DNA of 35,255 nucleotides from a virus (Duplodnaviria; Heunggongvirae; Uroviricota; Caudoviricetes): IMG/VR virus record IMGVR_UViG_2913147268_000009; one strand, 5' to 3'. Shown piece by piece: positions 34,930 to 35,255 of this stretch (position 1 is its first letter; each line of letters starts with the position of its first letter). The notes under the pieces were generated by a model. It saw only the letters and a program-made list of their open reading frames with translations, ran no database searches and was not told where the DNA came from. The position numbers and the translations under genes were made by a program.

Positions 34930-35255
34930 TATTTTTTCCAGAGGCGGTCGAACTCCGCCTTCGCAAAATAAGCGGAAGCCTGGCGAAGGATATTGTTACT
35001 GCGGCGCAGTTCACGATTTTCACGTTCCAGCTCTTTCAGACGCTGACGTTCAGCGGTGGTGAGCCCACCATCACCGCCCCCGGTATCCCGCTCATGCTGG
35101 CGAACCCAGACACGCAGAGTCTCTGGCGTACAGCCAATCTTTGGAGCTATGGAACAAATTGCCGCCCATTGTGAGTCATATTCGTCCTGACTTTCCAGAA
35201 CCATACGAACTGCCCGTTGACGGACTTCGGGGGAAAAACGTGTATTTTTAGTCAT
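34929..35255 (-). CDS. IS629-like transposase OrfA (HTH)
   Basis: [55 protein letters not shown]...[36 protein letters not shown] matches the recalled IS629 OrfA; the ATG is the last codon in the window. Confidence 0.9.

Larger units (their letters stand above)
33971..35255 (-). mobile_element. IS3-family insertion sequence, IS629-like (runs off the right window edge)
   Basis: Terminal sequence TGAACCGCCCCGGGTTTCCTGG at 33971; orfA and orfB on the minus strand. The upstream inverted repeat lies beyond the window end. Confidence 0.85.

Noticed and set aside
1-35255. tRNA or rRNA genes
   Set aside because: No cloverleaf-like GC-rich ~75-nt segments or rRNA-like regions were recognised by eye; this cannot be excluded without a covariance-model scan.

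Overview
This window is a lambda-family (lambdoid) prophage in an enterobacterial, E. coli/Shigella-like chromosome, running from int at the left edge to the tail genes on the right. All homology calls come from reading the supplied ORF translations and the DNA against recalled lambda/E. coli protein sequences; no search or alignment was run, and element coordinates derived from the DNA are good to a few bp. Recognisable modules in order: int/xis; small early-left accessory genes (TraR-like, ASCH-like); lambda-like Red recombination genes exo/bet/gam; a distinct immunity region (cI-like HTH/S24 repressor, cro-like, YdaT-like) with AACAAC/GTTGTT-type operators; replication genes O (with an internal palindromic-iteron origin) and P. 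Where nin/Q/holin would normally sit there is a ~7.5 kb scrambled cargo block: an inverse-autotransporter (intimin/invasin-like) gene ending at the centre of a spacerless palindrome with ~330-bp arms, a zinc-finger ORF, a RadC-like fragment, a KlcA-type antirestriction gene with a 132-bp internal duplication, exonuclease- and methyltransferase-like fragments, a duplicated gpL fragment, an IS629-like fragment, and 57-bp inverted repeats. Then follow SAR endolysin, Rz/Rz1, a lambda-type cos site, and a lambda-like packaging/head/tail block (Nu1, A, W, B, C, D, E, FI, FII, Z, U, V, G/G-T, H, M) ending in an L gene truncated at a REP cluster. The right end has two N-runs and an IS629-like IS3-family element. 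No rRNA, tRNA or CRISPR was seen. The prophage looks defective (no N, Q, holin, or tail tip/fibre genes). The most unusual structures are the palindromic autotransporter junction and the 57-bp inverted-repeat switch-like locus; neither can be proven functional from sequence alone.
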